From: an uncultured Actinomycetes bacterium
Lineage (GTDB): Bacteria; Actinomycetota; Acidimicrobiia; Acidimicrobiales; AC-9
Direction: 5' to 3'
NCBI GenBank assembly: GCA_963717645.1
Contig: CAVQWQ010000034.1
Coordinates: 256,232 to 320,231, forward strand
Length of the DNA stretch: 64,000 nucleotides
The position numbers were made by a program, and so were the translations under genes. Under the pieces are notes generated by a model that searched no databases, was not told the origin of the DNA, and worked only from the letters and a program-made list of their open reading frames with translations. Every line of letters starts with the position of its first letter. The stretch's first letter is position 1. Of the stretch, positions 1 to 9,461 are shown in pieces.

Positions 1-223
1 GTGGGGGCGACGAGTGAAGTTGAGGAGAGGATGACTGTCCAAGTCCTGGAGCTGCCCGCAATGCCGTGGATCAGAAGGAGGAGCGGTCCCTCGCCGGCGC
101 AGCGGTAGCCACGTCCTGGCCATGAATTCGTACGTGCGCGAGTCGATACTTCATTGGCAATCATTCTCCCGCGAGATGGAAACGAGGGTGGGCTCCAGTT
201 GTCGCAAGCGTCAGAGACGAGCC

Positions 224-1141
224 TCAGCCCCGTGATGGCTTGGTAGTTGACACAGCTGCTTGTTCTTGACGATCTTCGATAGTCGCTCGCCCGACTTGCA
301 CCAGTCGCAAGACCGTGACGAGGCCGATCCCACCCACGAGATTGCCCAGGCAAGCCCAGGCGACGACGCGGAGCCAGTCGGCGTATCCGAACGGGGCGCC
401 AGCTTGAAGGGCGCTGAACATCTCCAAGGACGCGACGATCGTGTGCTCCAGCGGCCCGATCGCCAGGAGGAAAGCGGCCGCCAAGGCCGCAATGAGCCGG
501 GCTGGGACGGACTCGGTCGACCGTTCCATCCAAGTCATGAGAGTGATCACGGCCCCGCCGAGGACAGCGGACGCGAAGGACGTCCAGCCAGTCCCCAGGC
601 GCGGATAGACGCTGCCGACCTCGACCGCTGTATGACGCAGTCCTGGCGAGGACCCGATGACGATCGCCATCGTCACCCAACCGCCGATGAGGTTCATCAC
701 CAGGGCGCCGCCCCATAGCCGTAGGAGACGGTGCCACCGGGACCGGTTCGCGGCCAAGGCTGCGATTGGCACGAGGAAGTTCTCGGTGAAGAGCTCGCTG
801 TTGGCAAGGGTAAGGGCAATGAAGCCAATTCCGAAGAACAACGCAGCGAGAACCTCACTGCCGGTCTTCGACCGGACGGAGAGGAGGGCGAAGACGCCGA
901 TGCTGACGTCGATCCCTCCCACCGCGCCCGTGGCGAGCAATTGGGGCCAGCTGCGGTCCAGTCGCCGCTCACCGTCGGCGATGGTACGGTCGAAAACCTG
1001 GGGTAGCTCGTCGGGCAAGGTCCGCCTCCACCGGTGACGCTGGCCAGGGTCGAATCGAGATCGCTCGATCGGCTCGCGTCGTTCCGGCGCACTACCCGAT
1101 CGGCCCGGCAGCCAAACCGGCGCCGGTGGCGCCATGGCCAT
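224..1141 (-). CDS. Formate/nitrite transporter (FNT) family channel. The start is uncertain; the N-terminal ~70 codons of the long ORF are low-complexity.
   Basis: Motifs SELFTEN and GNLVGG and about six hydrophobic helices in ORF 224..1354(-). Start placed at MAMAPP. Confidence 0.6.
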   Translation of the reverse strand: MAMAPPAPVWLPGRSGSAPERREPIERSRFDPGQRHRWRRTLPDELPQVFDRTIADGERRLDRSWPQLLATGAVGGIDVSIGVFALLSVRSKTGSEVLAALFFGIGFIALTLANSELFTENFLVPIAALAANRSRWHRLLRLWGGALVMNLIGGWVTMAIVIGSSPGLRHTAVEVGSVYPRLGTGWTSFASAVLGGAVITLMTWMERSTESVPARLIAALAAAFLLAIGPLEHTIVASLEMFSALQAGAPFGYADWLRVVAWACLGNLVGGIGLVTVLRLVQVGRATIEDRQEQAAVSTTKPSRG

Positions 1142-1240
1142 ATCCCGCTCGGCAACCCGCTCGCTCACTGGTGCTGGGGCCACCTCGGTGCCAGACTTTC
1201 GACGCGAGCCCGTGATGGCTCGGTGGGAAGGAGATGGGCC

Positions 1241-1795
1241 ATGGGACTTCGCACCAGGCTTCTGTCGGCGGGCGTAGTCGTGGCGGGAGCACCGTCGATC
1301 TACAAGGCCGCAGTTCGATTGCTGATTCGCCGAAACATTCGGTCGATGAACCAAGGGAACTACAGGCCCGTACTCGCAATGTTCTCCAAAGACGCTGAGC
1401 TCACGTTCCCCGGAGACAACTCATGGTCCCGGCAGTACCGCGTCCCGCGGGCGAGCCGCGAGCCGTTCCCGACTCACCGGGGCCGAGCAGAGATCGAGAC
1501 ATTCTTGCGTACGTACGTTGACAACGGCATCCAGATGGAGGTGGAGGACATTCTCGTGGACGGCCCCCCGTGGAATACCCGGGTGGCCGTTCGGGTCCAC
1601 GATTGGATCCGAGGCGCTGACGGGAGCGACATCTACGCGAACCGTGCAGTGCTCATGGTTCACACCTCCTGGGGGAAGATCCGGAGTCAAGAGGACTACG
1701 AGGACTCGGAGCGAGCCGCGGCCCTCGACCGCCACCTCGCCGCTGTACCAGGCGCACATGAACGGAGAGATGAGGTCGAAAGGAGGCGGCCATGA
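1241..1795 (+). CDS. SnoaL/NTF2-like domain protein
   Basis: ATG at 1241 preceded by GGAAGGAG RBS. Sequence YRPVLAMFSKDAELTFPGD is typical of SnoaL-like proteins. The TGA stop overlaps the next start (ATGA). Confidence 0.55.
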   Translation: MGLRTRLLSAGVVVAGAPSIYKAAVRLLIRRNIRSMNQGNYRPVLAMFSKDAELTFPGDNSWSRQYRVPRASREPFPTHRGRAEIETFLRTYVDNGIQMEVEDILVDGPPWNTRVAVRVHDWIRGADGSDIYANRAVLMVHTSWGKIRSQEDYEDSERAAALDRHLAAVPGAHERRDEVERRRP

Positions 1796-2319
1796 TCGAG
1801 AGCGGTGAGCTGCTCATCGACGCCTTCGACAGGGTGCGTGGCGTCGTTCACGCCGTCGTCGAAGGCCTCACGCCCGATCAGCTAGAGTATCGGATCGATG
1901 ACACGGCCAACTCGATCGCCTGGTTGGTGTGGCATCTGACGCGCATCCAGGACGATCACGTCGCCGACATTGCAGGCGAGCAGCAGGTGTGGACGTCACA
2001 GGGTTGGGCAGAGCGGCTGGGGTTGCCCTTCGACGACTCGGCGACGGGCTACGGGGATGGGCCGGATGACGTGGCAGCGGTCAGCGTGGACTCGGGTGAT
2101 CTGCTGGCCGCATACCACGATGCCGTACACGAGCAGACGCGGCGCTATCTGGAGCGGCTGACCCCCACCGATCTCGGTCGCATCGTGGACGATTCGTGGG
2201 ATCCGCCGGTGTCACTCCGTGTCCGGCTGGTGAGCGTCATCACTGACGGTCTCCAGCATGCCGGGCAAGCGGCCTTCGTCCGGGGGGTTGGGCAGCGCCG
2301 ACGATGGAGACAGTCTTGA
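1792..2319 (+). CDS. DinB_2 / mycothiol-dependent maleylpyruvate-isomerase N-terminal-like metal-binding protein
   Basis: WLVWHLTRIQDDHVADIAG matches the DinB/MDMPI N-terminal four-helix pattern. 4-nt overlap with the upstream gene. Confidence 0.55.
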   Translation: MIESGELLIDAFDRVRGVVHAVVEGLTPDQLEYRIDDTANSIAWLVWHLTRIQDDHVADIAGEQQVWTSQGWAERLGLPFDDSATGYGDGPDDVAAVSVDSGDLLAAYHDAVHEQTRRYLERLTPTDLGRIVDDSWDPPVSLRVRLVSVITDGLQHAGQAAFVRGVGQRRRWRQS

Positions 2320-2417
2320 GCTCCTTCATCGGGAGCTGAACAGCCCGGGGGAGAGGGACCTCCTCACCTCGATTCCCCATGCCAGACTTAGCCAGCTTGC
2401 CGTCCTAGCATTATGAG

Positions 2418-2639
2418 ATGGACGAGTCGGTCGCCTGCCCGGTCTGTGGGATCGAAGCGGCCGACCTTGCGGCCCTCGCCGCCCATCTGGTGGAGCGGGC
2501 CGAGGTGAGCGACGCTACCCACGTCATGTGGCTCAACCGCAACGCCACCAAGCAGCGTACATCGGCCAGCGAGCTCGAGTTGCTGCTCGCCCATCCCTTG
2601 GCCGATGGAGGGTCGTCGAGTGACAGGATCCGGCGATGA
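2418..2639 (+). CDS. Small (73 aa) hypothetical protein with N-terminal CPVCG(x12)H...H zinc-ribbon-like motif. First gene of a three-gene unit.
   Basis: High GC3 and clean ORF. ATGA overlap with the downstream PqqC-like gene. Confidence 0.5.
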   Translation: MDESVACPVCGIEAADLAALAAHLVERAEVSDATHVMWLNRNATKQRTSASELELLLAHPLADGGSSSDRIRR

Positions 2640-3388
2640 GCGAGGCGATGGCGCGCCGGGTGGAAGAGGCAGTGGTCGACGGATGGTTCCGAGACCCGCC
2701 CCCGCTGATCGCCGCCATGGCGTCCGAGCCGACGCTGGGTGTTACCCGAGCCTTCGTTCTGCAATGGACGAAGTTCTCGCGATTGTTCCCGCGCTGGGTC
2801 GGGGCCATCATCTCGAACTGTCCCGAGTTCGCGGTCGTGGCCTACGAAGTCGAGAACCTCATGTCAGAGGTCGTGCGTGACCCGGCCGGCGACGACAACC
2901 ACTACGAGCTGCTGATCCGGCTGGGGGAAAGCGTCGGTCTCACCCGCGCCGACATCGAGGACCACCCAGTGTTGACAGAGGCGTCAGAGGCGTTCGGCTG
3001 GCTGTGGGAGAAGGCCCGCGATCCGGACTGGCTCGTCGGCTTCACCGCCATCAACGGGTTGGAGATCCTGGGCGATCGCAACCTGCCGCTGAAGTACGGG
3101 GTAGGAGCGGGTACGGGCCTGGCGCCCGAACCGTACGCCGAGGCGCTCGGTCTGGGAGAGGCCAGCCTGGAGTTCTTCGAGGTGAGCGATGAAGCCGATG
3201 CGGGCCATGGGCACGATACGGTCGAGATCATCGCCCACTACACACCGGGCGGACGCCAAGGCGACATCCTGGCGGTGCTCATCGAATCGATGGCGCGGCT
3301 GCGCCGAATGATGAACGCCGTGTGGGATCTGGCGATGGAGATCGATGTTGGGCTGAGAGCGGAGGCGAGGACCGATGGCCAAGGGTGA
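2636..3388 (+). CDS. PqqC/TenA-family protein with heme-oxygenase-like fold (iron-containing redox enzyme family)
   Basis: ISNCPEF matches PqqC ANCPD. IRLGESVGLTRADI matches PqqC LRLGEAVGLSRDDL. Acidic/His-rich EADAGHGHD segment. About 250 aa, as expected for the family. Confidence 0.6.
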   Translation: MSEAMARRVEEAVVDGWFRDPPPLIAAMASEPTLGVTRAFVLQWTKFSRLFPRWVGAIISNCPEFAVVAYEVENLMSEVVRDPAGDDNHYELLIRLGESVGLTRADIEDHPVLTEASEAFGWLWEKARDPDWLVGFTAINGLEILGDRNLPLKYGVGAGTGLAPEPYAEALGLGEASLEFFEVSDEADAGHGHDTVEIIAHYTPGGRQGDILAVLIESMARLRRMMNAVWDLAMEIDVGLRAEARTDGQG

Positions 3389-3680
3389 TCCCTGTGCCCT
3401 GTGCGGATCCACCTGGGGAGACGTCGACGACGAGGTCGGCGACCACTGGTACCACTTCTGTTGAAACCTCTGAGCTGACGCCTTCGCCAACCTGGTCGCT
3501 GCCATCGAGCAGCGTCTCGGTGGAGGCGTCGTCGTCCGGTCGGACGACGTCGAGGGAAACGAGGTCAGCGGCGCGGCGTGGCTGCACGACGGCGGTGGCC
3601 AGCAGCGCGGCTTCGTCGCGCTCTTCACCGACGACGGCGAGGTCCTCAGATGCTCGGTCGAGGGCACTGCGGCCGATTAG
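3375..3680 (+). other. Small Cys-rich ORF (MAKGDPCALCGSTWGDVDDEVGDHWYHFC-UGA-NL-UGA-ADAFANLVAAIEQRLGGGVVVRSDDVEGNEV...AAD) with two in-frame TGA codons. It could be a readthrough or selenocysteine candidate, or a nonsense-inactivated pseudogene.
   Basis: One continuous 102-codon frame with GC3 >80% on both sides of the TGAs (3462-3464 and 3471-3473). No canonical start downstream of the second TGA. The ATG at 3375 overlaps the PqqC-like stop by 14 nt. Confidence 0.35.
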
Positions 3681-3735
3681 CGCAGCTGCGCACCCCATCC
3701 GGGCCAATGGCTGCAGTAGGGCAACTGCAGCCCCC

Positions 3736-5361
3736 TCACACCCGGGGACTTTCCGCCCAGGTCCCGAACACGTCCGCGAGGGTGGTGACAATCTCACCGA
3801 GGGTTGCTCGGACGCGTACGGCCTCGACGATGGTGGGCATGAGGTTGGTCTCGGCCGACGAGGCCTCTCGGCTCAGCTGAGCCAGGGCCCGCCGCACGGC
3901 ATCGGGGTCGCGAGACCGGCGGACCTGATCGAGGCGCTTGCGCTGGATCTCCTCGCACTCGGGCCCGATGGACAGGATCGTAGGTGGACCCTCGTCGCCC
4001 TCGGTGTAGGCATTGACTCCCACCACGATCCGTCGCCCGTCGGCCAGACGGCGCTCCAACTGGTAGGCGGCCTCGGCGATCTCGGACTGGAACCACCCGC
4101 GCTCGATCCCCTGCAGCACCCCGGCGAGGATCGACCCGCTGCCGAGGTCCAGCAGGTGGGCGAACACCTCCTCGGCCTGGCGCTCGACCTCGTTGGTGAG
4201 GTGCTCGACGTACCACGAGCCGCCAAGCGGGTCGGCTACGTTGGCCACCCCGGTCTCGTGGGCGACGACCTGCTGGGTCCGCAGCGCGATTCGAGCCGCG
4301 CTGTCGGTGGGGAGGGCGAGGGCCTCGTCGTAGGCGTCTGTGTGGAGGCTCTGGGTGCCACCCAGGACGCCGGAGAGGGCCTGGAGGGCCACCCGGCCGA
4401 TGTTGACCTCGGGCTGCTGGGCGGTGAGGGAGACCCCGGCGGTCTGGGTGTGGAAGCGCAGCTGTTGTGAGCGGGGATCCTGGGCACCGTAGCGGTCACG
4501 GAGCCAGTGGGCCCAGATGCGCCGCGCGGCCCGGTACTTGGCGACCTCCTCGAAGAAGTCGCTGTGGGCGTTGAAGAAGAACGACAGCCTCGGAGCGAAG
4601 TCGTCGACTGACCCACCGCGGTCCCGAACCGCCTCCACGTAGGCGAAGCCGTTCGCAAGGGTGAAGGCCAGCTCCTGCACCGCGGTCGAGCCCGCCTCCC
4701 GGATGTGGTAGCCCGAGACCGACACAGGGTGCCAGCGGGGCATCTCGGCGGCGCAGAACCTGACCACGTCAGCCACCAGGCGAACCGACGGCTCGGGCGG
4801 GAAGATGTACTCCTTCTGGGCCTGGTACTCCTTGAGGATGTCGTTCTGAATGGTGCCGCCCAGGAGACGCCGCGAGGTGCCCGCCTCCTCGGCGGCCACG
4901 AGGTACATGGCCAGCAGCATGGGTGCCGGGGAGTTGACCGTCATCGAGGTGGTCACAGACGACAGGCCGATGCCGGCAAAAAGGTCGGCGACGTCTTCGA
5001 CGGTGTCAACCGCCACACCGCCTCGGCCGACCTCACCCAGGCTCCGGGGGTCGTCCGAGTCGCGGCCCATGAGCGTCGGGAGATCGAAGGCGGTGGACAG
5101 TCCCGTCTGGCCACCCCGCAGCAGCTCGTGGAATCGGGCATTTGTGTCCTCGGGCGTTCCATAGCCCGCGAACATGCGCATCGTCCACAGCTTCGAGCGG
5201 TACATCGAGGCGTACGGACCGCGGGTGTAGGGCCACTCACCGGGCCATTCGCCCTCGTCCGGCCCGTAAGCGGCATCGACGGGTACACCTGACAGGGTGG
5301 CGAACTCCTCGTCGCGAAGCGATGCCTTGGCGACGGCGTCTTCCCACTCGGCTCGGCCCAT
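3736..5361 (-). CDS. Methylmalonyl-CoA mutase family, catalytic (TIM-barrel) subunit without a B12-binding domain
   Basis: 541 aa. Sequence [42 protein letters not shown] is strongly conserved in the MCM/ICM alpha N-terminal domain. No C-terminal DxHxxG B12 domain. Confidence 0.85.
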   Translation of the reverse strand: MGRAEWEDAVAKASLRDEEFATLSGVPVDAAYGPDEGEWPGEWPYTRGPYASMYRSKLWTMRMFAGYGTPEDTNARFHELLRGGQTGLSTAFDLPTLMGRDSDDPRSLGEVGRGGVAVDTVEDVADLFAGIGLSSVTTSMTVNSPAPMLLAMYLVAAEEAGTSRRLLGGTIQNDILKEYQAQKEYIFPPEPSVRLVADVVRFCAAEMPRWHPVSVSGYHIREAGSTAVQELAFTLANGFAYVEAVRDRGGSVDDFAPRLSFFFNAHSDFFEEVAKYRAARRIWAHWLRDRYGAQDPRSQQLRFHTQTAGVSLTAQQPEVNIGRVALQALSGVLGGTQSLHTDAYDEALALPTDSAARIALRTQQVVAHETGVANVADPLGGSWYVEHLTNEVERQAEEVFAHLLDLGSGSILAGVLQGIERGWFQSEIAEAAYQLERRLADGRRIVVGVNAYTEGDEGPPTILSIGPECEEIQRKRLDQVRRSRDPDAVRRALAQLSREASSAETNLMPTIVEAVRVRATLGEIVTTLADVFGTWAESPRV

Positions 5362-5394
5362 GCACGTAGAATATCTGGACGTCCAGGTAATTGT

Positions 5395-5913
5395 CTAGCG
5401 GCCTCCGCTCGGAAAGTCCCCAGCTCCCACGCGCAGTTGCCGAACCACCGTTGTGAGCCGGCGAGCCTCTGCATCATTAAGGCCTTCCAATCCGAATCGC
5501 GCGGCACCGAGTGCTGCTGTGGCCCGCTCGACCAGACGCCGGCCGGCGGGTGAGATTCGGGCGAGGACGGTGCGCCCATCGGCCGGGTCTCCAGTCCGCC
5601 GGACGAGGCCTTGCGACTCGAGGCGATCGACCGCGTTCGTCACGCTCGTCGGGTGCACCATGAGCCGGGCGCCCATCTTCCCGATGGGAAGGGCCCCAGT
5701 ACGGCTGAGGTACAGCAGCGTCAGAGCCTCGTAGCGGGCGAAGGTCAAGCCGAACTCCTTGAGAACGCCGTCCACCCGGGCCTGGGCAATCTGCTGGGCC
5801 CGCATGATCGAGGTAGCGGCGGCCATGGCGTCGGCCGCCTCCCACCCCTGTTCGGTCCAGTGGCTATGTGCTTCGGCGATGGCGTCGAACGACAGAGAGG
5901 CACTCGTTCCCAC
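5395..5913 (-). CDS. MarR-family transcriptional regulator (start approximate; GTG candidate)
   Basis: FGLTFARYEALTLLYLSRTGALPIGKMGARLMVHPTSVTNAVDRLESQGLVRR is a winged-helix MarR core. Directly upstream of the mutase on the same strand. Confidence 0.65.
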   Translation of the reverse strand: MGTSASLSFDAIAEAHSHWTEQGWEAADAMAAATSIMRAQQIAQARVDGVLKEFGLTFARYEALTLLYLSRTGALPIGKMGARLMVHPTSVTNAVDRLESQGLVRRTGDPADGRTVLARISPAGRRLVERATAALGAARFGLEGLNDAEARRLTTVVRQLRVGAGDFPSGGR

Positions 5914-6086
5914 ACACCGACCATACACGCTTGGGGGGCCTGACGAGCTGGAGGGGAGCGGCCTGCACCTGGACAGGCCCACGCACGGAGCGGGCGGCAA
6001 ACGTCCTTTTTGCCCTCCTTGCGGAGGAGTATCACCAGGCACTCCGGCCCTTCGCGGTGAATCGCACCCACGTCAGCCGGTACGCC

Positions 6087-6494
6087 TCACCCCAAGCTGA
6101 ACTCGATGCGACCCCTCGGGGCAGTCGCGATGTCGAACCAGGCAGCCATACCGGTAGGTCGGGATACGAGGCCCCAACTCGTCGCCAGACCCTCCATGAC
6201 CCGTCGGCGAATCGAGGATTCGCCGTAGGAACCCACCTCGCGAGGGCCAGCGGGCTCCTTCTCACCGTTGATGACCATCACTTGCACACAGTCGGTCCAA
6301 TGCTGGATGATCAGGTGCAACGGAGGCTTGCCATGCCTCAAGGCGTCGGCCACCAGCTCGGATGTGCAAGCCAGGACCGCCTCCACATCGACGTCGGGCT
6401 CCCAGGCGGCTAGCGCCTGCTCGACGATTCGCCTGCTGGCGCCCGCAGCAGAGTGGCGAAAATCGAGAGACCTGGTCCGAGACCCCAGCAGCAC
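6087..6494 (-). CDS. HATPase-like anti-sigma regulatory factor (RsbW-like Ser kinase) candidate
   Basis: TSELVADALRHGKPPLHLIIQH resembles the N-box of GHKL anti-sigma factors. Small size. Confidence 0.4.
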   Translation of the reverse strand: MLLGSRTRSLDFRHSAAGASRRIVEQALAAWEPDVDVEAVLACTSELVADALRHGKPPLHLIIQHWTDCVQVMVINGEKEPAGPREVGSYGESSIRRRVMEGLATSWGLVSRPTGMAAWFDIATAPRGRIEFSLG

Positions 6495-6685
6495 AGTCCC
6501 TTACTCTTCCCAGCCGGGGTGCACTCAAATCCTTCGACACGGTCCGCGGCTGAGGCGCGGCCCCCCAGGCCAGAGGCGACACTTGCATCTCGCAGGGGCT
6601 CGCGTGACCCCTGGTCCTCACTACACCTGCCAGATCGTTGATGAACCGTGGTGGGCGGGTCATCGGAGGGGCGCGGGTTTGTTAG

Positions 6686-7465
6686 CTAGTTGTCAGCTCG
6701 TAGGTGCTCCGCAAACCACTCAGTTGCAGAGGTGGCAGCCCGCTCGAACTGATCGGTATAGGCGGAGAAGTGACCTCCGGGATACAACTCGAGCCGCTTG
6801 GGCGCGTGGGCCCGGTTGAATGCAGCGAGCGCAAGATCCGTCGGGCATACGACGTCAGCGTCCCCGACGATCATCAGGAGCGGAGTGGGTGAGATCCGCT
6901 CGACAAATGATCCCGGTTCGTACTCCGAGTACAGCTCGAGTGATCGCAGAGTTATCTCATTGCGCCACTTGCGAAAGCGCCACTGATCCTCCGGCGGCGC
7001 GTTCTTCCCGGTGAAGAACTCCCACGCGTCGGCGCTCGCGTGCGAGGCGGGGCCGCCCGCTGCGGGGTCTACGACCATCGAGACCATCGTGGGTGATTCG
7101 CCCGAAACGTAGCGTCGCTCAGCCCCCTTCCCCCCCGGATCGACGCCGTCGAGGGTCTGCGCAAACGTGACGGCGTGGCGATAGTCGCGCACCTGTAGCC
7201 ACGGATCCAGCTCCTGTCTCGGTTCGCCGTCGCTGCCACCGAAGTTCCGGTGGTCGTACGCCACTACGAAATGTCCGGCACGGGCGATCGATTCTGCGTA
7301 CTTGTCGAGATAGAGCTCCTTGAGACAGTTGTACCCGTGAGCCATGACGACGACAGGCGCCGCCGACACGCGGGAGCGGGGACGGTAGAGCCATCCCCGA
7401 AGAGTCGTGCCCTCGGCATCAAAGGCGATGTCGGTCAACTCGTAAGCATCATCGTGGTCGGCCAT
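6686..7465 (-). CDS. Alpha/beta-hydrolase fold protein (dienelactone-hydrolase-like)
   Basis: VVVMAHGYNCLKELY, then VGDADVVCP and a C-terminal GGHF. These give the Ser/Asp/His topology. Confidence 0.6.
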   Translation of the reverse strand: MADHDDAYELTDIAFDAEGTTLRGWLYRPRSRVSAAPVVVMAHGYNCLKELYLDKYAESIARAGHFVVAYDHRNFGGSDGEPRQELDPWLQVRDYRHAVTFAQTLDGVDPGGKGAERRYVSGESPTMVSMVVDPAAGGPASHASADAWEFFTGKNAPPEDQWRFRKWRNEITLRSLELYSEYEPGSFVERISPTPLLMIVGDADVVCPTDLALAAFNRAHAPKRLELYPGGHFSAYTDQFERAATSATEWFAEHLRADN

Positions 7466-7659
7466 GCCGCCATTTTGCCAGGACGATCGAGCGCGATCTC
7501 ACCTTCCCATGAAGAGAATGCCCTCAAAGAGGCCATGGCGGTGGTCGAGGAGCGTTCGAGCCAGACTTCGAGGACTTGGAGTGAGATCCGTGCGGCGAGC
7601 TCCCGTCAGGCTCGAGGCCCCTTCGAGCATCACCGGTTCCGTGAGTCCGATGCGCTTGG

Positions 7660-9207
7660 CTAGGTACCGGACCGGCGGACTGGTCCCGACTCCTGGACGG
7701 GCATGCGCTGCGTTGCCGGGAGCGGGTATGGAGGCACTGGGACGTTGATCTCGCTCAGTTGGGCCGGCTGACACTCCCGGACCACCGCAGCGCTGTTTTC
7801 CGCCGGCTGAGGGAGCAGGGGGATGGAAGTGTCCGGAGAGCTCAGCCGCAGAGTGGCGGTCAGATCGCCAGTAACGGAGCGACGCCAGGTGGATAGATTG
7901 GGCACTTCCACGCCGAAGCGGCGCTCGAGGAAGCGGAGCTGTGACGTGTGGTCGAACGTATCTGAGGAAACGTATCCACCGCGGCTGAAAGGAGAGATGA
8001 CTAGGAGGGGTACGCGGAACCCAAGACCGATAGGACCGGCGACTCCTTGGGCCTGATCGGGCAGTGGGTTCACGGTCAGGTACTCGCCGGGCGAGCCCTG
8101 GGGTGGTGTGGGCGGCGGCACGTGGTCGAAGAACCCGTCATTCTCGTCGTAGCTGACGAACAGTACGGTCTTGGCCCATACCTTGGGGTTGGAGACGAGG
8201 GCGCTGAGAACCTGATTGGTGAACACCTCACCACGCTCGGGGGGCGCGGGCGGGTGCTCGTCCTGACCGTTGGGAAAGGTGGGCGAGATGATCCACGAGA
8301 CCTGTGGAAGCCTACCGTTGGCGACGTCGGCAGCGAAGTCCGAGGCGAACGTGGGAAGGAAGGCGTTCTGGTAGAGCGGAGAGTCGGGGTTCGAGTACTG
8401 CTTGAAGTACAGAAGGATGTTGTCTGAGACGGCCTTGGCGAGAGGACTCGAGGGCCGGTAGAGGTCCCCGGTGGGGTTGTAGACCCTCCATGAGATCCGC
8501 TTGGCCTGAAGCTGCTCGGGCATCGTCGTCCACGACGCGCTGAACTTGGCAGATGGCGATGAGTTGGTGAAGAGGACCGGCCCACCGGCTCGGCCGTCGG
8601 GATCCAGCGTGCCAGACAAGGCGTAGAGACGGTTCGGGTCGGTCGGGCCCAACACCGAGCAGTGATAGCCGTCGCAGATGGTGAAGGCGTCAGCCAGCGC
8701 GTAGTAGAAGCCCAGGTCGCGACGCGAGTAGTAGCCCATCGTGAGGACCCCGTTGTCAGGGCCTTCATTTGCCGGATCGGTGTGGACCTCGACGAAGCGG
8801 TCCATGCGACCACCATTCCAGCATTGGTGCTGGGGGCCCCAGTTGTGGGTGAGGTCGAAAGTGCACTCGGCGTTGGTCGTGGCGGTGTCGAGGTGAAAGG
8901 GTAGGAGACGGCCGACGGGCGTCTTCGAGGTGTTGGCAGGCCAGGATTGGGCGAATGGCCCGAGTTCTGCTGCCCGATGGTCGTTGAAGCCGCGCACGCC
9001 CCGGTAGGTACCGAAGTAGTGGTCGAAGGACCGGTTCTCCTGCATGAGGAATACCACGTGCTCGATGGCACCGAGATCGGAGCCTGCAGGACTCACCGAG
9101 GCCGCCCGTCGCACTGTCGACCCCGTGCAGGCTCCGAGCAGGGCTGCGCCTCCGGCTGCAAGGCCGACGTTCAGCAGCTGGCGCCGGGAGATCGTTGTCG
9201 GGGTCAT
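7660..9207 (-). CDS. Phosphocholine-specific phospholipase C / phosphoesterase family, with Tat signal peptide
   Basis: SRRQLLNVGLAAGGAALLGAC twin-arginine signal. IEHVVFLMQENRSFDHYFGTYRGVRG is the phosphoesterase family signature. Confidence 0.8.
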   Translation of the reverse strand: MTPTTISRRQLLNVGLAAGGAALLGACTGSTVRRAASVSPAGSDLGAIEHVVFLMQENRSFDHYFGTYRGVRGFNDHRAAELGPFAQSWPANTSKTPVGRLLPFHLDTATTNAECTFDLTHNWGPQHQCWNGGRMDRFVEVHTDPANEGPDNGVLTMGYYSRRDLGFYYALADAFTICDGYHCSVLGPTDPNRLYALSGTLDPDGRAGGPVLFTNSSPSAKFSASWTTMPEQLQAKRISWRVYNPTGDLYRPSSPLAKAVSDNILLYFKQYSNPDSPLYQNAFLPTFASDFAADVANGRLPQVSWIISPTFPNGQDEHPPAPPERGEVFTNQVLSALVSNPKVWAKTVLFVSYDENDGFFDHVPPPTPPQGSPGEYLTVNPLPDQAQGVAGPIGLGFRVPLLVISPFSRGGYVSSDTFDHTSQLRFLERRFGVEVPNLSTWRRSVTGDLTATLRLSSPDTSIPLLPQPAENSAAVVRECQPAQLSEINVPVPPYPLPATQRMPVQESGPVRRSGT

Positions 9208-9461
9208 GAGCGGTCTCGACAATCCTAGGTCCAAACGACGACGGCGTTGATGATTGCGTGCCGGTGTCCAGATCGTCCTCGCCTCATGCGCAATCGGGCC
9301 TGTCGCCCGGTGGGGGATGGCAGCGGCTACGCCCCCCTCGAGCTCGACGGTGCCCATCGCGGGTCTGAGACGTGATCTCTCGGGTGGGGTCGGCGACGCC
9401 GCCCGCCAGCGCCACCGCTGGAGATGCCGCTCGTCGGCGGTCCTTGCCCTAAGATCACGAC

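Noticed and set aside
3279-3797. 172-aa minus-strand ORF with locally high GC at its codon position 3
   Set aside because: Its third positions coincide with first positions of the plus-strand 3375-3680 frame, which has the stronger GC3 signal. It runs antisense through the PqqC-like gene end. Judged an antisense shadow.
3322-4470. 382-aa plus-strand ORF rich in S/T/R/A
   Set aside because: Low-complexity composition, and it lies antisense to or overlapping the well-supported mutase gene. A typical high-GC shadow ORF.
8076-9071. 331-aa minus ORF inside the phospholipase C gene
   Set aside because: An off-frame of the same strand. S/T/P/R-rich and lacking the phosphoesterase motifs, which are in the main frame.
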